The position numbers were made by a program, and so were the translations under genes. The notes under the pieces were generated by a model. It had not been told where the DNA came from. It worked only from the letters and a program-made list of their open reading frames with translations, and made no database searches. A stretch of 33,414 bases of DNA. Origin: Thermodesulfobacteriota bacterium. Lineage in GTDB: Bacteria > Desulfobacterota > GWC2-55-46 > JBHHVK01. Shown here one piece after another: positions 17,016-26,361 of this stretch. The DNA lies in the NCBI GenBank assembly GCA_046754205.1, contig JBHHVK010000003.1, positions 1-33,414 of the forward strand, given 5' to 3'. Positions within the stretch are counted from its first letter, which is position 1. Each line of letters begins with the position of its first letter.

Positions 17016-20000
17016 GTGAGTAAAGAGTCCGTCGCAATAGGCGCGGCCGGGCTTGCCGGGGCCGTCTCCAGGGAGCGCAGGGAGGCGCTCATAGCCGTTT
17101 GCGCGCTCGTCGTCCTCGGCCTTACGGCCCTTACCTGGTTTCGGGGAGACGCCTACGCCGTTGCCGGTTATGACTTCGCCACCTCTCTGAGGCCCCTCGA
17201 CGACCTCACCCGCGCCTTCTACCTCTGGGACGAGAGGCTCTACGCGGGGTCCCCGAACCTGCTCGCCATCGGGACCATCCCCTACTTCCTCCTCCAGTAC
17301 GTCCTCCAGACCCTCATGGGCTCGCTCTGGCGGGGGCAGATGGTCTTCTTCACCCTCCTCTTTCTCGCCCCGGGGCTCTCCATGTACTTCTTCGCCCGTA
17401 CGATCTTCGCGCAGGCGAGGGACAGGGGCGCCATGGCGCTTCTCGCCGCGCTCTTTTACATGCTCAACACCTTCGTCGTCGTCAAGTGGAACCGCGGCGA
17501 GCTAATAACGCTCTTCGGTTACGGTATGCTGCCCCTCTATCTCGGCCTCTTCGAGAAGATACTGACCGACGGGCCCGGTCCGGCGCGCCTGGCCCTGTTC
17601 ATCCTTGCCATGTTCTTCTACCCGGTGACCCTCGGCCACGCCGCGGACTTCGTCATCACGACAGGCATCTTCTGCGCCTTCGCCGCCTGGCGGGTGGCCT
17701 TCGGGGGTGAGCCGGGGGGCAGCCTTTCCAAAAGGGCCGGGGCCGCCGCCGCCGCGGCCCTGGCCGTCGTCCTCACCGGGGCGTGGTGGATAGCCCCGCT
17801 TGCCGCCTCAATCCTCTCGAGCTTTCCGGCAGGGGGGGCGGGAGGTGTCGCCGGGGCGGGGGGAGCGGGGGGCATCGCGTCATTCGCCCTGGCCGACCTC
17901 GGGCTCGTCCGCTACTACTCCTCCTGGGCGGGCCTCCTGAACGTGATGAAGATGTGGTTCTTCCCCATGTATTCCACTGACTTCGAGTTCACGACCCAGT
18001 TCTACAGGCCGGGCACGCTGCTCTTTCCCATCATCGGCTTCTCGGCGCTCCTCTTCAGGCGGAACCGGTACGTGCTCTTCTTCGCCGCGCTCGCGGCCGC
18101 GGGGCTCTGGCTCTCAAAGGGGTCTCACGAGCCCCTCTCCGGCCTCTACGAGTGGATGTACCAGAACGTCCCCTTCTTCTTCATCTTCAGGGCGCCGAGC
18201 AGGTACTTCCCCGTGATATACGTCTTCAGCCTCACCGTGCTCACCGGATACTCCGTCGTCTCGGCATCGGCCGCGATAAAGAGGAGGCTCCCTGCATCGA
18301 AGGTCCTCTACCGGATGCCAGTGGGGTTCGTCATGGCGCTCGTCTTCTTCCACTCCTGGCCGGTCTTTTCGAGGGACGTGATATTCAGAAACGTCACCGA
18401 CGACGTCCTGCACCCGAGTGTCTTCATGGATCTGCCCCCCTACTACGAGAGGCTCGGCGGCTGGCTCTCCGCAAAGGAGAAAGAGAGGTACTTCAGGGTG
18501 CACTCCTTCACCAACCAGGCTTACCTCAACTACACCTGGGGGTACTCATCAACCGACATCTCGCCCAAGGTCCTCGAGGTCCCGCAGACCGTAAAGTTCT
18601 CCCAGGAGCTCCTCTTCGGCGTCCCGGGCTTCCACACCATGATGGACTACTTCGACAGGTCCTTCTGGGACTGGGACTTCGCCGGCACGGGCGAGGTGCT
18701 CGGCCTCCTGAGCGTAAGGTACATAACGAGCATCGACGACGTGATACGCAGGTACCTGCCCCATACAAACTACCCCGAGATACTCGATGGCGTTCTGCCG
18801 CGGCTGCCGGGGATAACCCCGGCGGCGGGCTTCGGCCCTGCCATCGTCTATGAAAACGAAAAGGCGCTGCCCCATATCTACACCGCTGGCAGGGGCAAGG
18901 TGGTCTACGGGGGGCTCGCCTCCTTAAGGACGCTCGCTGGCGCTGGCTACCTCGCCAGGCCGGTCCTCGTCTTCGCGGGGGGAGACTCGGGCTACGGCCC
19001 GGGCGACATGCCCCCCGGGAGTATGGACGAGGTCGTCTACGCGGATACGAACGTCTATGACGCCATTGTGGACTCGGCGCCGCGGGAGTACAGGTTCAGC
19101 CCCGGGCCGGGCAGGACCGAGTTCCTCGTCGAGACCCCCGGTGTGAGCCTCGTCTGGTCCTTGAAGGGGAGCGACCCTTCGGGTCGGGCGCGGATAGAGG
19201 GGCTCGATGCCCGCCGGACACCGGCCGGCGCGGAGACGCCCGAAGGGCTCAGGTGGGAGTTTCTCGGTTCCTGGGACACCGCGGTCCAGGGCCAGTACAT
19301 ATCGGTCGAGGAGGGCGGCACGGGCGAGCTGGTGGTCCTGCCGGAGGAGGAGTGGGAAGCGGCGGCCGGGGGCGTCCTCAAGGCCGAAGGGCCGGAAAGG
19401 CCGTGGCCCGTCACCCGGCTCCTGAGGGCCAGGGAGGGAGGACCCCCCGGGGGTTTTGCCTTTCGCTCCACGGGCGGCCTCCATCTCATCGACGTAACGC
19501 CTCAGCCGACCTTCCGGAAAAAGGAGGAGGCCCTGTACCGTAAGGACTTCACGGAAGACCCCGACCTCGGCGACTGGATCTTCGAGGCGGACACCCTTGT
19601 CGCTGCCGACGGTGGAGTCACCATCATCCCGCGCAAGGGAAAAGACGGCATGCACGCAGGCCGGATGCTCAATGAACAGCCCCCGGCGTCGGCCGGGACG
19701 CCGCCCGGCGTGGATATCGAGGAATATCCCTATCTCCTCGTAAAGGCGGGCTCAAAGCCTGAAGGGTACTTCGACGCCGACGCCGTTTTGCGGCTCGACT
19801 TCAACGGCGACGGCGTGGTGGATTCGGAGATGAGGGCCCCGCTTATCAGAGACGGTGAAGACGTGGGCCCGCTGGACCTCACCACCCTCCTTAAGCGGCA
19901 GTACGGTTATCCCGGCAGACGCGCCTATCGCGCCGTCTCCGTCACCCTCGATGTAAGTCGAGCCTCAGGCGCGGGGAGGCCTGAGGGGCCGGGTGGAGAG

Positions 20001-20732
20001 AGGCGGCCCTCCTTTACAATCGAGTCCATGAGGCTCGTCCGCTACGTGCCCGAGCGGGTGGAGCCCACAGCCGGGGGCGTCTACGGCCTCGTCCTCGACG
20101 GCTCGCCCCTTCGAAGCGGGGCGGATGGTCCCGTTGGCGGAGCGGTCGAGGTCGCCCGGGGAAGGCACACCCTCGGGGTGTGGAGGGCCGGCAAGGACGG
20201 GCCCGGGGATTTCGTCATAAGGATTGCCCCGGCAGCGCCCCTGCCCGCGACAGCTGACCCGCCCCCGGAGGTGGCCGGGTACGTGAAGGTCTCCCCGGCC
20301 CGGTACACCGTCCGGGTAAGGGGGCAGAAGGGCCCCTTCTGGCTCGTCTTCAACGAGGGCTTCAACCCGGGGTGGAGGGCCTACGCAAGACCCGCGCCCG
20401 AAGGCGCGGGCGGGGGTGGCAATGGGGGCAAGAGGGGCGAGGGGGGCGGGGGGGGCGGGGGGGTCGGGGGTGGGAAGGGGAGGGGGGGCAAGGGGGACGG
20501 GAAGGAGCTCGTCGGCCATTACCTCGTAAACGGGTACGCCAACGCGTGGTGGGTGGACGGCATCGGGGCCGCCCCGGGCGGGGCGCTCGATATATCCATC
20601 GAGTACACGCCACAGAGGACCTTCCGCGCCGGTAAGATAATTTCAATCCTTTCAGCGGCCTTCATGCTCGCCGGTCTGCCCGTCGGCGCGCTCGTCCTCA
20701 AGAGGTTCTGCCCCCGTGGCCGAACCCGGTGA
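17016..20732 (+). CDS. Large GT-C-fold membrane protein, AftD(DUF3367)/YfhO-like, with long extracytoplasmic region and C-terminal TM; ORF is open from 16878, GTG 17016 preferred
   Basis: YLWDERLYAG, AALFYMLN, FFIFRAPSRYF, YLNYTWG, VYENEKALPHIY, and YfhO-like C-terminus LVFNEGFNPGWRAY...VNGYANAW...IEYTPQRTFRAGKIIS. Confidence 0.7.
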   Translation: MSKESVAIGAAGLAGAVSRERREALIAVCALVVLGLTALTWFRGDAYAVAGYDFATSLRPLDDLTRAFYLWDERLYAGSPNLLAIGTIPYFLLQYVLQTLMGSLWRGQMVFFTLLFLAPGLSMYFFARTIFAQARDRGAMALLAALFYMLNTFVVVKWNRGELITLFGYGMLPLYLGLFEKILTDGPGPARLALFILAMFFYPVTLGHAADFVITTGIFCAFAAWRVAFGGEPGGSLSKRAGAAAAAALAVVLTGAWWIAPLAASILSSFPAGGAGGVAGAGGAGGIASFALADLGLVRYYSSWAGLLNVMKMWFFPMYSTDFEFTTQFYRPGTLLFPIIGFSALLFRRNRYVLFFAALAAAGLWLSKGSHEPLSGLYEWMYQNVPFFFIFRAPSRYFPVIYVFSLTVLTGYSVVSASAAIKRRLPASKVLYRMPVGFVMALVFFHSWPVFSRDVIFRNVTDDVLHPSVFMDLPPYYERLGGWLSAKEKERYFRVHSFTNQAYLNYTWGYSSTDISPKVLEVPQTVKFSQELLFGVPGFHTMMDYFDRSFWDWDFAGTGEVLGLLSVRYITSIDDVIRRYLPHTNYPEILDGVLPRLPGITPAAGFGPAIVYENEKALPHIYTAGRGKVVYGGLASLRTLAGAGYLARPVLVFAGGDSGYGPGDMPPGSMDEVVYADTNVYDAIVDSAPREYRFSPGPGRTEFLVETPGVSLVWSLKGSDPSGRARIEGLDARRTPAGAETPEGLRWEFLGSWDTAVQGQYISVEEGGTGELVVLPEEEWEAAAGGVLKAEGPERPWPVTRLLRAREGGPPGGFAFRSTGGLHLIDVTPQPTFRKKEEALYRKDFTEDPDLGDWIFEADTLVAADGGVTIIPRKGKDGMHAGRMLNEQPPASAGTPPGVDIEEYPYLLVKAGSKPEGYFDADAVLRLDFNGDGVVDSEMRAPLIRDGEDVGPLDLTTLLKRQYGYPGRRAYRAVSVTLDVSRASGAGRPEGPGGERRPSFTIESMRLVRYVPERVEPTAGGVYGLVLDGSPLRSGADGPVGGAVEVARGRHTLGVWRAGKDGPGDFVIRIAPAAPLPATADPPPEVAGYVKVSPARYTVRVRGQKGPFWLVFNEGFNPGWRAYARPAPEGAGGGGNGGKRGEGGGGGGGVGGGKGRGGKGDGKELVGHYLVNGYANAWWVDGIGAAPGGALDISIEYTPQRTFRAGKIISILSAAFMLAGLPVGALVLKRFCPRGRTR
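20410..20502 (+). repeat. In-frame G-rich tract encoding a Gly-rich insert
   Basis: Encodes GAGGGGNGGKRGEGGGGGGGVGGGKGRGGKGDG between GWRAY and HYLVNG motifs. Confidence 0.7.
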
Positions 20733-20753
20733 AGGGTACCGAGGAGAACGGTT

Positions 20754-21974
20754 ATGGAACGTACAGTCGGAAATAGAAGCGATTCATCGGGCGCAGCCCG
20801 GGGACCGGACCAGGGAAGGGGCGGCGCATGGTCCCTTAAGGCGGCCCTTGCCGTCGCCGCCGCTCTGGCCCTCGGGTTCTCCTTCGCCCTCTTCAGCAAC
20901 CTTTTCACCTATCACGACCAAGAGGTCTTCCGGGCGGACCTCCTCTCCGGCGCCGACAACCCGCTCATCGCAGCGACGCAGGCGTCGCAGCGGGACGTGT
21001 TCGTGGTGAACGGCAGGAAGGAGTCCCTGGTATGGCTCAGGGACAAGTCCCTCGAGGTCCCCTTTGCCGCCAAAAGGCCCCAGGCGCTCCTGTTCCGGCT
21101 CAGGGCCTACTTCCAGAAGTCCAACTACACCAGGGCCGGGGTCGAGCTGACGGTAAACGGCAGGACCGTTCACACCTACAAACCCCGCTGGAAGGGCGGC
21201 TTCGAGGATATCGAGCTGATGGTCCCGGGAGCGGCCCTCATCAAGGGGCCCAACAGGCTGGGCATCAGGGTCCTCGGCGCCGGGGCGCGAAGGGTAGGGG
21301 TCGAAAACCTGAGGGTCAAGAACTACGCCGGTGTGAGCAAGAACTTCCCGACCTCCGTCGTCCTCTTCGACGAGAACTACCATGGAGAGGGATATTCCGC
21401 ATACACCAGGCCGCTTGACTACGTCTTCTATCCGGTGGCCTTCTTCCTGGTCTGGCTCATCTCGGCCAACACCGCCGCCCTCGGGGGCTTGCCCCTGAGC
21501 GTCGCTCTGAGGAAGGCCTTCTACGTATATCTGCCGACAGTGGTCGTCCTCGCCGGCGTTGTCCTCTTCTCGGTAGCTTCAGCCTATACGGTCGTATGCC
21601 GAAGGGACACCTTCCTCATCTTCGTCTTCGTCCCCGGGGGGCTCTATTTTGTCTACCATAACTTACGGTCCCTCGCCAGGCGCCTGACCAGAATGCCGCT
21701 CCCCGCCGCCCCAAGGGCCCCCGTGGAAGTGAGGACAAAGACCCGGGCCCCGAAGCTGCGCCTCAGGACCGAGCGTCTCGCGGCGGGGGCAAGGTTTCTT
21801 GTGAGGCACATCGCCACCGCTGCCATCGCATTTTTTATATTATGCCTCCTCTCGGCAGGGGTGCTCCTCATATTCGAGTACCGGACCCCGGCCGAGAGGC
21901 TCGCCGATGTCGCCTACTTCTCGCTCGTCGTCGGGGTCCTTACGAGGATCTTCGACCTGAGAAGGGGCGAGTGA
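20754..21974 (+). CDS. Hypothetical membrane protein (N-terminal TM, beta-rich extracytoplasmic domain, ~5 C-terminal TMs)
   Basis: 406-aa ORF with SD GAGGAG, codon usage like neighbours; VELTVNG...LIKGPNRLGI beta-sandwich-like pattern. Confidence 0.7.
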   Translation: MERTVGNRSDSSGAARGPDQGRGGAWSLKAALAVAAALALGFSFALFSNLFTYHDQEVFRADLLSGADNPLIAATQASQRDVFVVNGRKESLVWLRDKSLEVPFAAKRPQALLFRLRAYFQKSNYTRAGVELTVNGRTVHTYKPRWKGGFEDIELMVPGAALIKGPNRLGIRVLGAGARRVGVENLRVKNYAGVSKNFPTSVVLFDENYHGEGYSAYTRPLDYVFYPVAFFLVWLISANTAALGGLPLSVALRKAFYVYLPTVVVLAGVVLFSVASAYTVVCRRDTFLIFVFVPGGLYFVYHNLRSLARRLTRMPLPAAPRAPVEVRTKTRAPKLRLRTERLAAGARFLVRHIATAAIAFFILCLLSAGVLLIFEYRTPAERLADVAYFSLVVGVLTRIFDLRRGE

Positions 21975-22079
21975 GCTTCAGGGGAAACGAAATGGGCCCG
22001 GGCCGTATATGGATTCCATCCGGCGGTCCGGGGGGTCAACGGCTCGGCCGGGGTCTACGATAGGGATGAGGGTCGGATC

Positions 22080-23402
22080 ATGACCGCACAGAGGGGTCTT
22101 GGAAATTTTGCATCGATAGTGGCCGGGAATTTTCTCAACAAGGCCGTCTCCATCGTCGTGCTCTCATACCTCACCTGGCACCTCGGCCCCTCGGGCTTCG
22201 GCAGGTACTCCTTCGTGGTGGCCTATATGACCTTTTTCGGGATATTTACCGACATGGGCGTAAATACGGTGACGGTGAGGGCGATCTCACGGGGCGCGGT
22301 GGACCGGTCCGAGGCCTTCGGGGCGGCCATCGTGCTGCGTCTGGTGCTGACAGTGGCGGCCCTGGCCGCCTCTTTCGCGGCCCTCCGCCTTTCCGGCTAC
22401 GGACGCGACGTCCTGGTAACAGCCCTCGCCGCCGCCCCGGCGCTCTTCGTCTCCTTCAGGGGGCTATTTTTCAGGAACGTCTTCGAGATACCCTTCCTCG
22501 CCGACCTCAGGATGGACCGGCCCGCCCTCGTCAACTTCGCGAACGAGCTCCTTGTCCTCGCCGTCGTCGTGGTGATGGTCACCAGGGGCGCGGGGCTCGT
22601 AGAACTCCTTGTCGCCATAAACATCGCCTACGTGCCCGGCTTTGCGGTCATGGCAATATCGGCCGTCAGACGCATGAGGCCGAGGTTCGCGCTCAAGGCC
22701 GGCCCCTGCTGGAGACTCTTGAAGGAGTCGGCCCCGCTCGGATTGTCGGGCCTGCTTGAGGGGGTCTTCATCATAACACCTGTCCTCGTGCTCTCCAGGC
22801 TCGCCACCCCGGCCTCCCTCGGCCTCTTCACCCTGCCGCTGAGGCTCGTCTCGTCGCTCTGGATAATACCCGTGGCCGTAATGGTCACCATGCTGCCGGC
22901 CATGAGCCGGGATGCGGGGCGGGACAGGGCGGCGCTCAGAAGGAGGCTCACCGCGGGCCTCGGTTTCATGGTGCCGGCCGGGTTCGTCCTCGCGCTCGCG
23001 GCCTCGCTCTTTTCGGACGAGATAATCATTCTCCTTTCGGGCGAGGCCTTCGCCCGGTCCTCCACTGTGCTTTCGATAATGGCCTGGGGGACGTTCCTCT
23101 ATTTCGTCAACTCCGTATTCTTCTACACCTTCGCCGCCGCCGGCCGGGAGCTTTTCGGTCTCCTGCCTTGGTGCGCGGCTACGGCGGCCTCGTTTATCCT
23201 CGGGCTCATCTTCATACCGAGGTTCGCCCACCTCGGGGCGGGCTGGGCCTTCACCATATCGATGGCGGCGGGGCTCGCGGTAAACCTCGCGCTCATAGGG
23301 CGGGTATTCGGCGCGACCCTTCATGGCGTATTTTCCGGAGGGTCAAAGGCCTCGGGCGGGGGGCCGCGCCTGGCCCTCCGCGCGACAAAGGAAGAAAAGT
23401 AA
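22080..23402 (+). CDS. wzx: Wzx-type oligosaccharide flippase (MOP superfamily)
   Basis: LGPSGFGRYSFVVAY..FFGIFTDMGV; ~12 TM; LIFIPRFAHLGAGWA. Confidence 0.85.
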   Translation: MTAQRGLGNFASIVAGNFLNKAVSIVVLSYLTWHLGPSGFGRYSFVVAYMTFFGIFTDMGVNTVTVRAISRGAVDRSEAFGAAIVLRLVLTVAALAASFAALRLSGYGRDVLVTALAAAPALFVSFRGLFFRNVFEIPFLADLRMDRPALVNFANELLVLAVVVVMVTRGAGLVELLVAINIAYVPGFAVMAISAVRRMRPRFALKAGPCWRLLKESAPLGLSGLLEGVFIITPVLVLSRLATPASLGLFTLPLRLVSSLWIIPVAVMVTMLPAMSRDAGRDRAALRRRLTAGLGFMVPAGFVLALAASLFSDEIIILLSGEAFARSSTVLSIMAWGTFLYFVNSVFFYTFAAAGRELFGLLPWCAATAASFILGLIFIPRFAHLGAGWAFTISMAAGLAVNLALIGRVFGATLHGVFSGGSKASGGGPRLALRATKEEK

Positions 23403-23409
23403 GAGAGAG

Positions 23410-24909
23410 ATGGAAGCCGGAGAGCTTAAAAGAGGGGTTATCACCCATACCGCAGGGGCCGAAAGAGGCGGCGCCGTCGGTGCAGGGCTCGCCGGCGCGT
23501 GGCCGAGGGCCGTACCCGCCTTCGCCCTCTTCGCGCTGTCCGTCATCTTCATAACCCTCCCGCTCTTCTTCGAGCGTCTCCACTCCGACGAGGTCATCTA
23601 CTGGGACGTGGCCAGGAACATCGCTGCCGGGGCCGGCGTTACGAGCGAGACCCTGGGCGGTGTCTTCTTCTGGCACGCCCCGTTGCCCTTTTTCATCGTG
23701 GCGCCTTTCCTCAAGCTCTCGGAACACATCTTCCTTGCGAGGGCCCTATCGAGCCTCTTTACCGCCGGGTGCGCGGTCCTGGTCTTTCTCATCGCCGAAA
23801 GGAAGGCTTCGAGGGCCGAGGCCGCGCTCTCCGCCGTCCTCTTCGTCTTCAGCTTCCAGGCCCTCAGGTACGGGGGCAGGTTTTACCTCGACCAGTACGG
23901 GGCCTTCTTCTTCCTCCTCGCCCTATACCTCCTGGGCGCGGGCCGGGTCTTTGCCGCAGGGGTATCGGCCGTCCTCATGTGCGCGGCGCGGGAGTACTGG
24001 CTCGGGGTCTATCCCTTCATGCTCCTCTACGCGGCCCTCGACAAACGCCGCGGGTCCGCTTCGGCCTTTGCGGCCCCCATGGTAGTAACCGCCCTGGCCC
24101 TTGCGGCCGCTCTCGCCGCCTACGGCGCGCTGCCCCGGGCCTGGGCCTTCGCCTCGGGCGGGGCGATAGCCAGGAACGTCTACGCCTCGCTGACGGCTCA
24201 TACCGCCGGGGGTCTCCTCTCATCCCTTGCCCGCGGTTGGACGGAATTCGCGGCGCTCAACGCCGTCGTAATAGCGGGCTTCATCGCCTGGACCATTACC
24301 ACCGGACCGAGGAGGTACCTCCTGCTCGCCCTTCCTCAGGTCCTTCTCATAAGCCTCGTACACGGCTTCATCGTCGACGGCGGTGCGACCCAGTACCCGC
24401 TGGCCCTGGTCGCGGCGCTCGCCCCCTTCTCCGGGCCGGGGCTCGCGCGCCTCTGGGGGCGTCTCCCCCTGAGGGGGCTTACGGGCCGCCGGTTCGTCCC
24501 GGCTGCAATAGCCGTGGTGGCGGTCCAGTACGCGGCCCTCAACGTGCTGGCGACTACGGTCTCGCTTCACCAGAACTCCGGCGTCTACGGCCTCGGCTAC
24601 GGGCCTGACCGCGAGGTCATCGGCAAACTCAGAAGAGAGGCCAGGGGGGACTTCATCCACGGCATACACGGCGCCTTTGTCCCGGACAGGTCCAGATGGG
24701 ACTGGACGGACTACTACTTCGCCGATGCGATAGAAAAGGACCCCGACTGGCTCGTGGCCTACTCCAACTACCTCGAGGTCCTCCCGCACGACCGGTGGAA
24801 AGGCAGGGCCGAGGTCGAGGTCATAGGCCCGTACACGGTCGTCCACTCCCTCGAGCGCGGCGGAGTTGCCCGGGCCGTGGCCGCGGCCGGTCCAAAGGGC
24901 GACGGCTGA
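23410..24909 (+). CDS. ArnT/PMT-like (GT83/GT39-like) GT-C glycosyltransferase
   Basis: HSDEVIYWDVARNI (DE motif), HAPLPF, LARALS, multiple TMs; start set at ATG 23410 after the flippase stop. Confidence 0.75.
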   Translation: MEAGELKRGVITHTAGAERGGAVGAGLAGAWPRAVPAFALFALSVIFITLPLFFERLHSDEVIYWDVARNIAAGAGVTSETLGGVFFWHAPLPFFIVAPFLKLSEHIFLARALSSLFTAGCAVLVFLIAERKASRAEAALSAVLFVFSFQALRYGGRFYLDQYGAFFFLLALYLLGAGRVFAAGVSAVLMCAAREYWLGVYPFMLLYAALDKRRGSASAFAAPMVVTALALAAALAAYGALPRAWAFASGGAIARNVYASLTAHTAGGLLSSLARGWTEFAALNAVVIAGFIAWTITTGPRRYLLLALPQVLLISLVHGFIVDGGATQYPLALVAALAPFSGPGLARLWGRLPLRGLTGRRFVPAAIAVVAVQYAALNVLATTVSLHQNSGVYGLGYGPDREVIGKLRREARGDFIHGIHGAFVPDRSRWDWTDYYFADAIEKDPDWLVAYSNYLEVLPHDRWKGRAEVEVIGPYTVVHSLERGGVARAVAAAGPKGDG

Positions 24910-24937
24910 CGGAAAAAAACAATAAAAGGACGGGATC

Positions 24938-26341
24938 ATGCTCAAGGAGCACAGCAGGATATTCTTAAACATCCTCTTCCTCATAGACCTCGCATCCATC
25001 GCAATAAGCTGGACGGGCTCATACTACCTCAGGTTCTACTCGGGGCTCCTGCCGGCGCCCAGCGGCGCGCCAGAAGAGCTGCCCTACCTCCTCGCCGCCG
25101 CGCCGGTGGCGCTTATATGGGGCCTCTCGCTCAAGGGGTTCGGCCTGTACAGGCCCCGTAGGCTCGGCAACCGCGCCTCGGAGACCCTGGACATCGCCAA
25201 GGCGTCTCTCGCCGCTACTCTCGTGCTCGTCGCCGTCACCTTCTTCGTCAGACAGTACGAGTTCTCCAGGATGGTCATCGTCATCTTCTTCTTTCTCGGC
25301 ACCGCGCTTCTCGGCACTTCGAGGTACCTCTTCAGGGAGGTCCTCAGGTACATAAGGAAGAGGGGGTTCAACATCAAGCGCGCCATCGTGGCCGGCACGG
25401 GCGCTCCCGCCAGGGTGGTCATAGAGAGGCTCGAAGGCCATCCCGAGGTGGGCATAGAGATTACAGGCGTTGTCACGGGCGCGAGGGGCGACGCGGGCTC
25501 AAGGGTATTCGGCGTGGAGGTGATAGGCGATTACAACGACCTCGGCATGCTCATAAAGGGGCGCTGCGTGGACATCCTCTTTATAGCGCTATCCTGGAAC
25601 GAGCACTCGAAGGTTATGGACATCCTCAAGTCCCTATCCGACGAGACGGTCGACATAATGGTCGTCCCGGACCTCTACGAGTTCATAACCCTCGGCGGCG
25701 GCGTCGAGGAGTTCGACGGGCTCCCGGTCCTCAACCTCCAGAACACGACCATCTACGGCTGGAACAAGATCGTCAAACGGGGCGCCGACATCGTAATAGC
25801 TTCGATACTCCTCGCCCTGACCTCTCCTCTCATGGTCCTCCTCGCCGTCCTCGTCAAGGCCACCTCCCCCGGGCCGGTACTCTACAGGCAGGAGAGGATG
25901 AGCATCGGCGGCGACACCTTCAAGATACTCAAGTTCCGCTCCATGTGGACCGGAGCCGAGGGGGCCTCCGGGGCCGTATGGGCCGGCCCGGGAGACCCGA
26001 GGAGGACGCGTATCGGGGCCTTTCTCAGAAGGACGAGCCTCGACGAGCTGCCTCAGCTCATAAACGTGCTCCGCGGAGATATGAGCCTCGTGGGCCCGAG
26101 GCCCGAGCGGCCGGTCTTCATAGAGGAGTTCAGGAAGAACGTCCCCAGGTACATGCTCCGCCACAAGATGAAGGCCGGCATCACAGGCTGGGCCCAGGTG
26201 AACGGCTGGAGGGGCAACACGGACCTGAAAAAAAGGGTCGAGCACGACCTCTACTACATAGAACACTGGTCCTTCATCTTCGACGTAAAGATACTCTGGC
26301 TCACGCTCTGGAAGGGCCTCATAAACCGCAACGCCTACTGA
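24938..26341 (+). CDS. wcaJ: Undecaprenyl-phosphate glucose phosphotransferase (WcaJ/GumD-type priming phosphoglycosyltransferase)
   Basis: 4 N-terminal TMs, KRGADI, KFRSM, LRRTSLDELPQLINVLRGDMSLVGPRPE, GITGWAQVNG, DLYYIEHWS. Confidence 0.9.
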   Translation: MLKEHSRIFLNILFLIDLASIAISWTGSYYLRFYSGLLPAPSGAPEELPYLLAAAPVALIWGLSLKGFGLYRPRRLGNRASETLDIAKASLAATLVLVAVTFFVRQYEFSRMVIVIFFFLGTALLGTSRYLFREVLRYIRKRGFNIKRAIVAGTGAPARVVIERLEGHPEVGIEITGVVTGARGDAGSRVFGVEVIGDYNDLGMLIKGRCVDILFIALSWNEHSKVMDILKSLSDETVDIMVVPDLYEFITLGGGVEEFDGLPVLNLQNTTIYGWNKIVKRGADIVIASILLALTSPLMVLLAVLVKATSPGPVLYRQERMSIGGDTFKILKFRSMWTGAEGASGAVWAGPGDPRRTRIGAFLRRTSLDELPQLINVLRGDMSLVGPRPERPVFIEEFRKNVPRYMLRHKMKAGITGWAQVNGWRGNTDLKKRVEHDLYYIEHWSFIFDVKILWLTLWKGLINRNAY

Positions 26342-26361
26342 AAACCAGGGGGGATTGCCCG

